A stretch of 64,000 nucleotides of DNA from the IMG/VR virus record IMGVR_UViG_3300043446_003193, positions 1 through 64,000 of that record; one strand, 5' to 3'. Positions 25,698-34,467 of this stretch are shown one piece after another. The position numbers were made by a program, and so were the translations under genes. How positions within the stretch are numbered: the stretch's first letter is position 1; each line of letters opens with the position of its first letter. A model generated the notes under the pieces. That model was not told the DNA's origin, ran no database searches, and saw nothing but the letters and a program-made list of their open reading frames with translations.

Positions 25698-27182
25698 TTA
25701 TAATACCATTCTACTACCTATAAGGAAATTATGTAAAATTGGTGTACCAGGTTGTGTGTTTACACTTGCTCTATAATTGAAACTAAATCCAAATCTTTTA
25801 CTAATTTTATAATCAAACGAACTACCCAACATAAACCCATAATGTCGTGTAACTAATGTATTTCCAGTTTTTGCATTATATGATATTGGTGAGTTCATTC
25901 CAAATACCTGTGGTGATATTGTAAGTTTTCTACTATATTGATAAGGTTTAGTCCAAAACGCCACAACAGAAGTCATTAAGTTGTAATTATACTTACCATC
26001 TGCATCTTTCATCAATAGGTTTATTAATCCCACATTATAACCATAAGTTCCTCTTTTCATATCAGGTTTAATCCAAGTATAACCCAACATATTCATATAA
26101 GTTCCTTTGAGGTATGCAAATGTAGTTCCGTATGAATGTATTGCTTTTAATTGTCCTTCTTCAAATTCCATTTTAGTATATCCACCACTTAATGCGTATT
26201 GGTCCAAAGAACTCCATATCATTCCGTTTACTGATACACTACTTTCTCCGGTCATACTTGCTCTACTCCAACCCAATCCTAATATTGCGTTATATTTTCT
26301 ATCTGGTCCTTCCGATGTTGTTAAATCCGATGAAACTAATTGTGGGTTAAGATTGATTTTCTTTTCTTTTTTCTTTTCATCTTTTTTATCATCCTTCTTT
26401 TCTTCTTTTTTGTCCTCTTTCTTATCTTCCTTTTTTTCTTCTTTCTTTTCATCGGACTTTTTCTCTTCCTTTTTTTCCTCACTCTTACTTTCGGATTTCT
26501 TTTCTTCAGTTTTGCTCTCCGATTTACTCTCACTCTTTGACTCAGATGATGAAGAACTACCCTCACTCTTTGTTTCGGTTTTACTCTCCGAAGATGAAGA
26601 TGAAGAACTGCTTGAGCTTGAAGATGATGAACTACTACTGCTACTACTTCCAGATGATGATGAACTACTACTTGCAGGTGGTGTAGAAGATGTTGATGAT
26701 GTAGATGCGGTTGCTCCACTACTTGCCGCAGAACTACTTGCCGTAGATGCCGATGAACTTGCTGCCGAACTTGCACTACTACTTGCTGCGGTTGATGCCG
26801 ATGAACTCGCTGCGGAAGAAGCTGCTGAACTTGCCGCGGATGATGCAGCTGCTGCGGCTGCTGTTGATGCTGCTTGATTTACTGTCGTTTGGACTGTTTG
26901 TGTTACTACTTGATTTGTAGGACACCCCATTGTTTGATACTTTGTATAAGTTGCGTTTAACCACAACTGGGTTGCGCCTGATTGAACTTCAAATGGTGTG
27001 AATGTCTTTACCTCATTGTAGAAAGAAACGGTGGCATTTCCGTTTATAATCGTTGTAGTCGCTATTTTTGCTTCACCGGTACACTTATCTATAAAAGTTT
27101 GAGTATAAATCTGCCCTTCGGCTTTATTTGCCGTTAGGATTGTAACAATTAATATCGTAAGAGTAACAATCCATTTTTTCAT
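25698..27182 (-). CDS. secreted protein: small N-domain, Ala/Ser-rich and Lys/Glu-rich linker, C-terminal beta-barrel-like domain
   Basis: Signal peptide, low-complexity linker, amphipathic strands with aromatic girdle. Confidence 0.7.
   Translation of the reverse strand: MKKWIVTLTILIVTILTANKAEGQIYTQTFIDKCTGEAKIATTTIINGNATVSFYNEVKTFTPFEVQSGATQLWLNATYTKYQTMGCPTNQVVTQTVQTTVNQAASTAAAAAASSAASSAASSAASSSASTAASSSASSAASSSASTASSSAASSGATASTSSTSSTPPASSSSSSSGSSSSSSSSSSSSSSSSSSSSESKTETKSEGSSSSSESKSESKSESKTEEKKSESKSEEKKEEKKSDEKKEEKKEDKKEDKKEEKKDDKKDEKKKEKKINLNPQLVSSDLTTSEGPDRKYNAILGLGWSRASMTGESSVSVNGMIWSSLDQYALSGGYTKMEFEEGQLKAIHSYGTTFAYLKGTYMNMLGYTWIKPDMKRGTYGYNVGLINLLMKDADGKYNYNLMTSVVAFWTKPYQYSRKLTISPQVFGMNSPISYNAKTGNTLVTRHYGFMLGSSFDYKISKRFGFSFNYRASVNTQPGTPILHNFLIGSRMVL
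26340..26880 (-). repeat. low-complexity coding repeats (ASSAASS, poly-Ser, KKEEK)
   Basis: Imperfect tandem codon repeats inside CDS 25698-27182. Confidence 0.8.
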
Positions 27183-27184
27183 TT

Positions 27185-27481
27185 TTAACGTCTGCCTCCT
27201 CTTGGCATGTATTTAGGCATTGGTCTTGGTGATGGTTGAATACGAACAGGAGGTGTAGGTCTAATAGGAACTACAATTCTAGGTGAATAGTTAAATCTAT
27301 AATATGGAGAACCCCAATAGTTAAAATATAAAGGTGTGTGTAAATATGTATCATCATAAATTACTCTCTTTCTAATTTCTACTAATTTTGTAGAGTCTTT
27401 AGGGTCAATCATTACATATCTAACTGGAGTACAACTTGCTATTCCCAATAACAACATTGCTGCTAATAATAAATTTTTCAT
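27185..27481 (-). CDS. small Pro-rich lipoprotein
   Basis: Lipobox LGIASC. Confidence 0.65.
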   Translation of the reverse strand: MKNLLLAAMLLLGIASCTPVRYVMIDPKDSTKLVEIRKRVIYDDTYLHTPLYFNYWGSPYYRFNYSPRIVVPIRPTPPVRIQPSPRPMPKYMPRGGRR

Positions 27482-27483
27482 AA

Positions 27484-27843
27484 TTACTTTAATTCGTTAT
27501 GTTTAATAATTAATTCACCTAAAACTTCAATTAAACCAACAAGTTCTTGAAATCCTATTTGGTCCATTTTTACTTTTCCTCCACATAATTCTTCCATATA
27601 TCCTCTTAATTCTTTTTTTGCAGAGTCTATATCAAACTCACCATTTTTTGCCTTTTCGTAATATGGTAATTTAACTTTAAAATGATGATATGTAAGAATT
27701 GCATCACCACCTTTTTCTTTTGCATCTTTTGTAATTTTAGTTGCACCTTCCCATCTATTTCCTGCAAAATCTAAAAATGGATCAAACTCACCACCATCAC
27801 TTTCTTCTTCTTTTAATAAATCTTTTAACTTTAACATTGGCAC
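27484..27843 (-). CDS. hypothetical protein with LKLKDLLKE N-terminal motif
   Basis: MPMLKLKDLLKEE. Confidence 0.65.
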   Translation of the reverse strand: MPMLKLKDLLKEEESDGGEFDPFLDFAGNRWEGATKITKDAKEKGGDAILTYHHFKVKLPYYEKAKNGEFDIDSAKKELRGYMEELCGGKVKMDQIGFQELVGLIEVLGELIIKHNELK

Positions 27844-28034
27844 ATTTTTAAAAATTCATCTTTATCAAATATAACATCTTCATTTCTGAATTTTGCCATC
27901 ATTGCAACTGCTATATCTTTTCTATTGTCTAAATCTTTTACCATTTTAATTATTTCCGCAACACCTACTACCATATCTCTATCGTTTGAATGGTCTGGAC
28001 TTGCTTCCTTAATTAACTTACTTAACTTTACCAC
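27831..28034 (-). CDS. hypothetical protein with KLSKLIKE N-terminal motif
   Basis: MVKLSKLIKEA. Confidence 0.6.
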   Translation of the reverse strand: MVKLSKLIKEASPDHSNDRDMVVGVAEIIKMVKDLDNRKDIAVAMMAKFRNEDVIFDKDEFLKMCQC

Positions 28035-28140
28035 TTTCTAATTTTTTTAAGATTGCTAAATTTGCATCTACTAATTTTTTCTTCTTTACGCCACTTCTTC
28101 TACTTCTCATTGCTCTTGGTTTTTTTGCTGCACTTCCCAT
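28018..28140 (-). CDS. 40-aa highly basic protein
   Basis: Manual translation MGSAAKKPRAMRSRRSGVKKKKLVDANLAILKKLESGKVK. Confidence 0.55.
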   Translation of the reverse strand: MGSAAKKPRAMRSRRSGVKKKKLVDANLAILKKLESGKVK

Positions 28141-28143
28141 AAT

Positions 28144-28866
28144 CTATTTAGTGAATACACCTTTTTTAATCATTTTATCTAATATATTTGCACATGCAAT
28201 ATCTAATGCCTTTTTAGTTGAGATACTAATTGTAGATTGATTGAATTTAATCGGGTCTATTGATGCATCAGAAACTAATGTTAATTGTCTATTTGTTTTA
28301 GCTTCACCTAAACCAGATGCTGCGATAATAGTTCCGTTCTCTGCATTTGTGAATCTAACTTGTAAACCTAAACGAGTTACTAAGTTATCTTTGATACCAT
28401 CTTTTAAATTAATTGTTTCATCTTCTGATACTGAATAATCATATACTTCAATTTCAACAAAGTAATGTGCTAATTTAATCTTTCCTCTACCATCTAATTT
28501 GTTTTCGGAAATTCCAGCTGCTGATGCCTGATATTGCTTTACCATTCTATTCTTAATCTCAGTCTTATCTTCGGTAAATTCAAATCTATTAAGGTTGTCC
28601 AAATATTCTAATACGATATTTGCAACACCCAATCCAACTCTCTTTTCTTTTAATTCAGGGTACATTTCGTACACTTCCTCACCAATACCACATTTTAAGA
28701 TTTGGATGTTCTTTTTAGGTCCATCATAATCCATAAAAGCGGATATATCTTTTTTCTTTTCAAAATCTGCTTTAAACTCTTCTGTTTTTGTTACTCCTAT
28801 TGTTTGTGCAACACCCACAACACTGCTTAACAAAAAGAAACCTAATAATACTAATAAATTTTTCAT
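28144..28866 (-). CDS. CsgG/HfaB-family envelope protein
   Basis: Signal peptide; GLGVANIVLEYL..LNRFEFTE, GLQVRFTNAENGTIIAASG. Confidence 0.65.
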   Translation of the reverse strand: MKNLLVLLGFFLLSSVVGVAQTIGVTKTEEFKADFEKKKDISAFMDYDGPKKNIQILKCGIGEEVYEMYPELKEKRVGLGVANIVLEYLDNLNRFEFTEDKTEIKNRMVKQYQASAAGISENKLDGRGKIKLAHYFVEIEVYDYSVSEDETINLKDGIKDNLVTRLGLQVRFTNAENGTIIAASGLGEAKTNRQLTLVSDASIDPIKFNQSTISISTKKALDIACANILDKMIKKGVFTK

Positions 28867-28890
28867 ACATAAATGTTTTCTTATAAATAT

Positions 28891-28920
28891 AAAAAAAGGG
28901 AGTAAAACTCCCTTTCTTTT
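28891..28920 (-). terminator. intrinsic terminator
   Basis: AAAGGGAGT-loop-ACTCCCTTT with U-tract; near-identical to 39712-39742. Confidence 0.75.
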
Positions 28921-30123
28921 TTAATTACCTTTTGATGGAAATCTAGTCCATCCATTAGACCATATTGGTTTGGATAGTGTTTCCATTTCAGCTTTTGTAT
29001 AAGATACCTCTTTGTTACCTTGTGATAAAGCTTTTGTTTTCATATCTGCTGCAGTAAATACAGTAGAAGTAGATTTGAAGTTTAACAATGGGTCAAATGC
29101 CTGAATTTCATTGTTTTCAAATTTAGAAACCCCATCTTTGTAAGCTTGTGCAGTTTCGTTACTTTCAATTGAAAACCCACCTTTTTGATAACCAATGATT
29201 TTTGAGTTAGTCATTGTAAATTGAGTTGCACGTCTCCATCTTAAACCTAAATTATGGTTTGCTAAAGAAGCTGCATCAAATGGTCCAACTAAAATCATAT
29301 TATCCAATTTAGGATGTGTGAATGGCTGTGCGGTTGTACCTGTTCCATCATTATCACACTCCACACCATTTCCAGCATCACCAGCATCTACGAATTGTGG
29401 GTCTCTCTTTGATACTGAATAAGATACCGAACCTCTATATCCAAAATCAAAATCGTAATCATCATCAGCAGTTGCGTATGCGTATAAGTTTTTAGCGTTT
29501 ACAGTTCCACCAAAGAATTCAAATGCATCATCGTTAGCGTAAACAGTTTGGATATACTCTAAAGTTGTTCCACTACCTACACCACCTAATGTTAATCCAT
29601 TGATTTCAGAGTTTGGCATTGCTGCAATTCCTGCATATTCAATTCTAACATATTTTAGGATACCACTATTATCCAAATCGTTAGTTCCACCATAAGGTCT
29701 ACCAATACCACCTTCAATTGTTGGTTCAGAAGTTCTATTGGTAGTTGCTCTACCTAATATAACTACACCACCCCAATCACCAGGCAATCTTTCACCAACA
29801 GCTTTACCAGATGTAAATACGATTGGTTTTGCTGCAGTTCCTTCTGCGATTATTTGTGCACCTCTTTCAATAATTAATGCACCTTTCTCAGCGATATCGG
29901 ATACGATTGTTGTACCTGGCTGAATGATAAGTTTTGCACCATCAATTACATAAACATATCCTTTTAAGGTCCATGTTTTATCTGATGTTAAAGTTGTTGT
30001 TGTGTTAATGTTACCACTCAAAATTGTTGATGATGGTACATTTACAGGAATATCAGTTCCACCTAATTCTTTTTTGCAACTGAATAATCCCAATACTAAA
30101 ATAATTCCTAATAGTTTTTTCAT
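28921..30123 (-). CDS. Bacteroidota-type beta-helix lipoprotein (TBDT-associated)
   Basis: Lipobox LFSC; PGDWGGVVILG, SGILKYVRIEYAG, DDAFEFFGG repeats. Confidence 0.75.
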   Translation of the reverse strand: MKKLLGIILVLGLFSCKKELGGTDIPVNVPSSTILSGNINTTTTLTSDKTWTLKGYVYVIDGAKLIIQPGTTIVSDIAEKGALIIERGAQIIAEGTAAKPIVFTSGKAVGERLPGDWGGVVILGRATTNRTSEPTIEGGIGRPYGGTNDLDNSGILKYVRIEYAGIAAMPNSEINGLTLGGVGSGTTLEYIQTVYANDDAFEFFGGTVNAKNLYAYATADDDYDFDFGYRGSVSYSVSKRDPQFVDAGDAGNGVECDNDGTGTTAQPFTHPKLDNMILVGPFDAASLANHNLGLRWRRATQFTMTNSKIIGYQKGGFSIESNETAQAYKDGVSKFENNEIQAFDPLLNFKSTSTVFTAADMKTKALSQGNKEVSYTKAEMETLSKPIWSNGWTRFPSKGN

Positions 30124-32372
30124 AAATTCAAATTTAATGTTAATGAAATTGTTTGTTCGTTGTTTGTTTTTATAAGATTTCTCTTTGTTTGTAACTTTTG
30201 ATAATAGATTGATGGTTGCGCAAATACATCGCCTATTGCCAATTTTATTTCCCCTTTATTTAATTTATGTAAAAGAGTTATATCCAATACATCTCTGCTG
30301 TTTTCAAAAATGTCTGGATAACCCTGAAATCCTATTGCTGATATTCTATCACCTACTCTATTGTAAGTTATGTTAATTGTATTTTTCTTTTTGTGAATAT
30401 TAAATCCACTATTTAATACATAATTTGATTGTCCCTGTAATTGTCTTTTAACTCCTTTAACATTTACTTCAGAATTCATCACAGAAGCGTTTGTGTAAAC
30501 ATCAAACCAATCATTTAATTTTTTACGAAATTCCAATTCAACACCATAAAGATATGCGTTATTGGGATTTGAATAAGTTAATAATAGATTAGATGGAACT
30601 GAACCATCTGCTACTATTTGCTCAATTGGTTTTATAAAGTTTTTACCAAAAAAAGATACTGAAATATTTTCTCCCGCGTTTGGATATAATTCCCATTTCA
30701 AATCTAAATTGTATATGTCAGATTTTTCCAATTTAGGATTACCCAATAATTGTGCATTTCTTACAAAATCATAATAAGCAAAATTAGCTACTTCTCTAAA
30801 CTCAGGTCTTGCTAATGTTTTACTTAATGAAAATCTATATTTTGTTTTTTCTAAATTGTAAGAAAGATTTAGTGATGGTAATACATCCAAATATTCTCTA
30901 TTAACTTTAACTTTACTTCCACTAAAATCTGCAGTAGATACATCAAATAGATTATATTCAGTTCTAACGCCTGTATTTAATTTCCATAAACCAAATTCTT
31001 TGTCCAACATTACATACCCACTACCTAAATCAAAATCAGCAGTATATTTGTCTGTGTTGTTTGTTATCTCATCTAACATATCAGTTGAAAGATAACGAAA
31101 TATTCTTGCATTAAATCCTCTAATCTTTTTTAAGTATCCACCACCAATCTTAATATCACCAAACGATTTATTAACATTACCATTAAAACTATTTTCATCC
31201 ATTACACTCCAAAAACGATATGTATCTCTCCATGCAGTTGTATATGGTTCGTTTACTCCTAATGATTTTGTAATTGGATTAACTCTATAATCAGGTTGTT
31301 CTCTGAATATAAAATTGTATCCTAAATTAAAATCCCAAGTTTTAAGTTTACCATCAAATTGAGAATTAACTACAACATTGTTTATATGGTTAGATGAATT
31401 ACTATGAACATTTTGAACATTATCATAGTTTTCACCATTTCTATTCATATAAGAATCATCGGCTTGATAGTTCACCAATGTTTTCCAACTATATCGGTTC
31501 TCACCTAAATAAGTTAAATTCAATAAACCATTTGCGGAAAATCTTTTTGAGAATAAAGTATCTCTATAATCGTATGCTAATTCAGTTGAAGATTGATAAT
31601 CTATTCTATCTATATAATTCAGTCCATAAGAATTTCTAATTGTTGAACTGAATAAAGCGTTGAATTTGTTTTTCTTTACACCAAATGATAGGCCACCATT
31701 TAAGTTTGGAGATGATGTAAACCCTTCTATGATTGGATTACTTAATTGTTTTGTGTATAACCTCTTATCACCATTACTACTAATACGATATCCGTAAGTA
31801 GATGGGAATGTGGAAGGGAATTCAGTAGCTTGAACTAACTTAAAATCTTTAAGAGATGAAACTGAGCCCCAACCACTTCCCAATGAGATATTAAAAAAGT
31901 TATCGGATACTTCTTTTGTTGAAACTTGCACCAATCCACCACTCCAATCGCCAGGTAGATTTGCCGATGCCGATTTAGATACTATAATATTATCAATTAA
32001 TGCCGTTGGAATTAAATCAAAAGAAAATGCTCTCTTATCAGGTTCAGTTGATGGTAGAAGGGTTTTGTTTAACATAGCAGAATTATAACGGTCTGCTAAT
32101 CCTCTTACTAATACAAACTTATCGTTTTGTATAGTAACACCACTTACTCTTTTAAGTGCATCCCCAACATTTCTATCAGGTGTTTTTTTAATAAAATCAA
32201 TGGATACACCATCCGAAACTACTGATGCGTTACGAATGGTTGATATTACAGCTACTTCAGTAGATTTTTTACCTGCTGAACGGACTGTAACCGTTGATAA
32301 TTGTTTGGAAAATAATGTGTCTTGGGAATATGTTACAAATGGAAGTAACAATAACAATAAAAAAATCCTCAT
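30120..32372 (-). CDS. TonB-dependent outer-membrane receptor
   Basis: Plug ALKRVSGVTIQ..VLVRGLADRY..SKSASANLPGDWSGG; barrel strands RPEFRE, GNPKL.KS. Confidence 0.9.
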   Translation of the reverse strand: MRIFLLLLLLPFVTYSQDTLFSKQLSTVTVRSAGKKSTEVAVISTIRNASVVSDGVSIDFIKKTPDRNVGDALKRVSGVTIQNDKFVLVRGLADRYNSAMLNKTLLPSTEPDKRAFSFDLIPTALIDNIIVSKSASANLPGDWSGGLVQVSTKEVSDNFFNISLGSGWGSVSSLKDFKLVQATEFPSTFPSTYGYRISSNGDKRLYTKQLSNPIIEGFTSSPNLNGGLSFGVKKNKFNALFSSTIRNSYGLNYIDRIDYQSSTELAYDYRDTLFSKRFSANGLLNLTYLGENRYSWKTLVNYQADDSYMNRNGENYDNVQNVHSNSSNHINNVVVNSQFDGKLKTWDFNLGYNFIFREQPDYRVNPITKSLGVNEPYTTAWRDTYRFWSVMDENSFNGNVNKSFGDIKIGGGYLKKIRGFNARIFRYLSTDMLDEITNNTDKYTADFDLGSGYVMLDKEFGLWKLNTGVRTEYNLFDVSTADFSGSKVKVNREYLDVLPSLNLSYNLEKTKYRFSLSKTLARPEFREVANFAYYDFVRNAQLLGNPKLEKSDIYNLDLKWELYPNAGENISVSFFGKNFIKPIEQIVADGSVPSNLLLTYSNPNNAYLYGVELEFRKKLNDWFDVYTNASVMNSEVNVKGVKRQLQGQSNYVLNSGFNIHKKKNTINITYNRVGDRISAIGFQGYPDIFENSRDVLDITLLHKLNKGEIKLAIGDVFAQPSIYYQKLQTKRNLIKTNNEQTISLTLNLNL

Positions 32373-32453
32373 AAATTATTTAAGTTAGTTCCCAAATAAT
32401 TATGAGGATTTTTTACAATATTTACCGATTTAATATTATCAAATCGTTATCTA

Positions 32454-32723
32454 TTATCCTTCTTGTTCAGCGTCTAATTTAGCCGCATCATGTTCTGCTT
32501 TTCTATTGATGTACTTATCAACCGAAGCAATACCAAATGAACCCAAAGTGATTACCAAAAATCCGTTAAAGATATACTCATTAATCAATAATGGTTTACC
32601 CATCCAACCTGTGATAAGGTCAACTGCTAATGCAATTACCATACAACCGAATGATAAGAAACCAACTACTGATTTTTCGTTGATGTCGTTGTTGTCTTTA
32701 AATAATTCTTTAAAAAATCCCAT
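32454..32723 (-). CDS. small membrane protein (holin-like candidate)
   Basis: Two TM helices, charged ends. Confidence 0.55.
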   Translation of the reverse strand: MGFFKELFKDNNDINEKSVVGFLSFGCMVIALAVDLITGWMGKPLLINEYIFNGFLVITLGSFGIASVDKYINRKAEHDAAKLDAEQEG

Positions 32724-32762
32724 AGTTTTAAATTTTAAATGTGAATAACTATGTAACCGATT

Positions 32763-33335
32763 TTATCCTTTGTACTCTTCTTGTAAAAGTCCACAATTTT
32801 GACACTCCATATGTCCATCACCATCAGCATCTCCCCATACATGTTCACATTGTCTATGTGCATGGTGTTCAAATTCTAACTTCTCCATTTCTTGATCATG
32901 TTCTTGTTGGTCTTTTGCCAATTCAAAGTTTTGTAGGTTTTCTACTACTGCTAATTTGCTAGCTGCAGCAGCTCCTTGAACAAATGCATCTGGAATAATT
33001 GGAGTTGGAATTGCGTTAGTTTCCTTCATATCATTTGTATGTGAAAGTGTAACACCATCTTCTTCATCCATTTTCTGAACTAACATCTTATCCTTATCGG
33101 TATCACTAAACCAATAGTCAATGATTTTACCATAAGAACCAATGAAAGCACCTAACAACAACATTAATAATTCTTTCCATGCTGCCGCCATTGGGGTTTG
33201 TAAACTAATTGCAGTAAAGATACCTGCAATAATTACCATAAACCCACCTAATACCATAGCGGTAATATACCATCTACGGCTCATCATTTTATTTAACAGG
33301 TCTCTAAACCCGCTTGGTGGTTGTTGATTACTCAT
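32763..33335 (-). CDS. membrane protein
   Basis: Two TM helices, LGAFIGSYGKIIDYWFSD, C-terminal C..H/C..C. Confidence 0.6.
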   Translation of the reverse strand: MSNQQPPSGFRDLLNKMMSRRWYITAMVLGGFMVIIAGIFTAISLQTPMAAAWKELLMLLLGAFIGSYGKIIDYWFSDTDKDKMLVQKMDEEDGVTLSHTNDMKETNAIPTPIIPDAFVQGAAAASKLAVVENLQNFELAKDQQEHDQEMEKLEFEHHAHRQCEHVWGDADGDGHMECQNCGLLQEEYKG

Positions 33336-33435
33336 TTTCTTTTTCTTTTTTAATTCTTTCGTTATTTGCGTGGTTCATAGCCCACAAAAAGAAAGCTATG
33401 AAAACTAATGTAACTCCTATTTTGTATCCCATATA

Positions 33436-33741
33436 TTACCAAGCTGCTGGCTTCTCTTTGAATTCATCACCTTCTTTTTTCTTAACTGGAGCTGCTGGTT
33501 TAGCTGCTTCACCACCTTTATTGATGATTACAGTTTTACCGCCACCTGCTTGTTGAGTTTGGTTGTTCTGAATGTTGATTACAGGAGCCGCTTGTTGAGT
33601 TGGTGTTGCTTCTTTTTCATCACCACCTGTTAATTTTGTTGTTACCCATCCACCTACACCTAAAGTGATTGTAGATACGAAACCGATGATTACATTCTTA
33701 ATAGATGAACCACCACCTTGTTGTTCTTGTTCTTCTGCCAT
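33436..33741 (-). CDS. hypothetical membrane-anchored protein
   Basis: One TM, Q/G/P-rich tail. Confidence 0.6.
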   Translation of the reverse strand: MAEEQEQQGGGSSIKNVIIGFVSTITLGVGGWVTTKLTGGDEKEATPTQQAAPVINIQNNQTQQAGGGKTVIINKGGEAAKPAAPVKKKEGDEFKEKPAAW

Positions 33742-33752
33742 ATACTTAATTT

Positions 33753-34121
33753 TTATAATTTGTTAAAATCTGTTATACCTAATTGTTTTCCGTTTACGTC
33801 ATATAAACCAATTCTATATGCTGATGATGGAAGTGCTGATGTATATACTTTTAAGATATTATCACCACTATTTACCCATGCTGTTTCTTTTGATACTACT
33901 CTGTTTGCAATATCAAATATCTTTATTGTCACATTTTGCCCTGCTTCAACTTTTACATTCATTGCTACTTCTGTTGTCACAAATGGTGATTGTAATTTAA
34001 TACCAACGGATTGTGTAATTGTAAGACCGTTGTCAACCGCAACTGGTGGGGTTACAAATGGGTCTTTTCTACATCCTGCTATAACCATAATTCCGAATAA
34101 TACGAATAATAGTTTTTTCAT
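33753..34121 (-). CDS. lipoprotein with T9SS-CTD-like Ig fold
   Basis: Lipobox IAGC; IKIFDIANRVV...LPSSAYRI. Confidence 0.6.
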   Translation of the reverse strand: MKKLLFVLFGIMVIAGCRKDPFVTPPVAVDNGLTITQSVGIKLQSPFVTTEVAMNVKVEAGQNVTIKIFDIANRVVSKETAWVNSGDNILKVYTSALPSSAYRIGLYDVNGKQLGITDFNKL

Positions 34122-34122
34122 C

Positions 34123-34467
34123 TTAATTTATTGTTATTTTAGTTTTTCCAATTTCTTTGTTACTCTCGTCCGTTAGGTATAAATATAAACTTTTTTGTGA
34201 TAATGATTTAGTATATATTTTTTTTGTGTTATCTCCCACAATTCCAGTAAATTTTTCCTTTGTTATTACCTGCGTTTGTGTTGAATCCATTAAAGTAAGT
34301 ATATATTTACCTGCTGATGTAAGTTTAATTTGTATATCTTGTCCGTCTTTAACCACTACTTCCGATTTTGAAAATATATCGGTTGTTGTTGGTTGTGGTG
34401 TTGGTATAACTTCTACTTTTCTACAAGCTACCAAACTTAAAAATAATATGAATAGTAATTTTTTCAT
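34123..34467 (-). CDS. lipoprotein, paralog of 33753-34121
   Basis: Lipobox LVAC; FTGIVGDNTKKIYTKSL vs NSGDNILKVYTSAL. Confidence 0.6.
   Translation of the reverse strand: MKKLLFILFLSLVACRKVEVIPTPQPTTTDIFSKSEVVVKDGQDIQIKLTSAGKYILTLMDSTQTQVITKEKFTGIVGDNTKKIYTKSLSQKSLYLYLTDESNKEIGKTKITIN

Noticed and set aside
26107-26877. 256-aa plus-strand ORF and the overlapping alternate-frame ORFs
   Set aside because: Shadows of the low-complexity Ser/Lys/Glu repeat in CDS 25698-27182.
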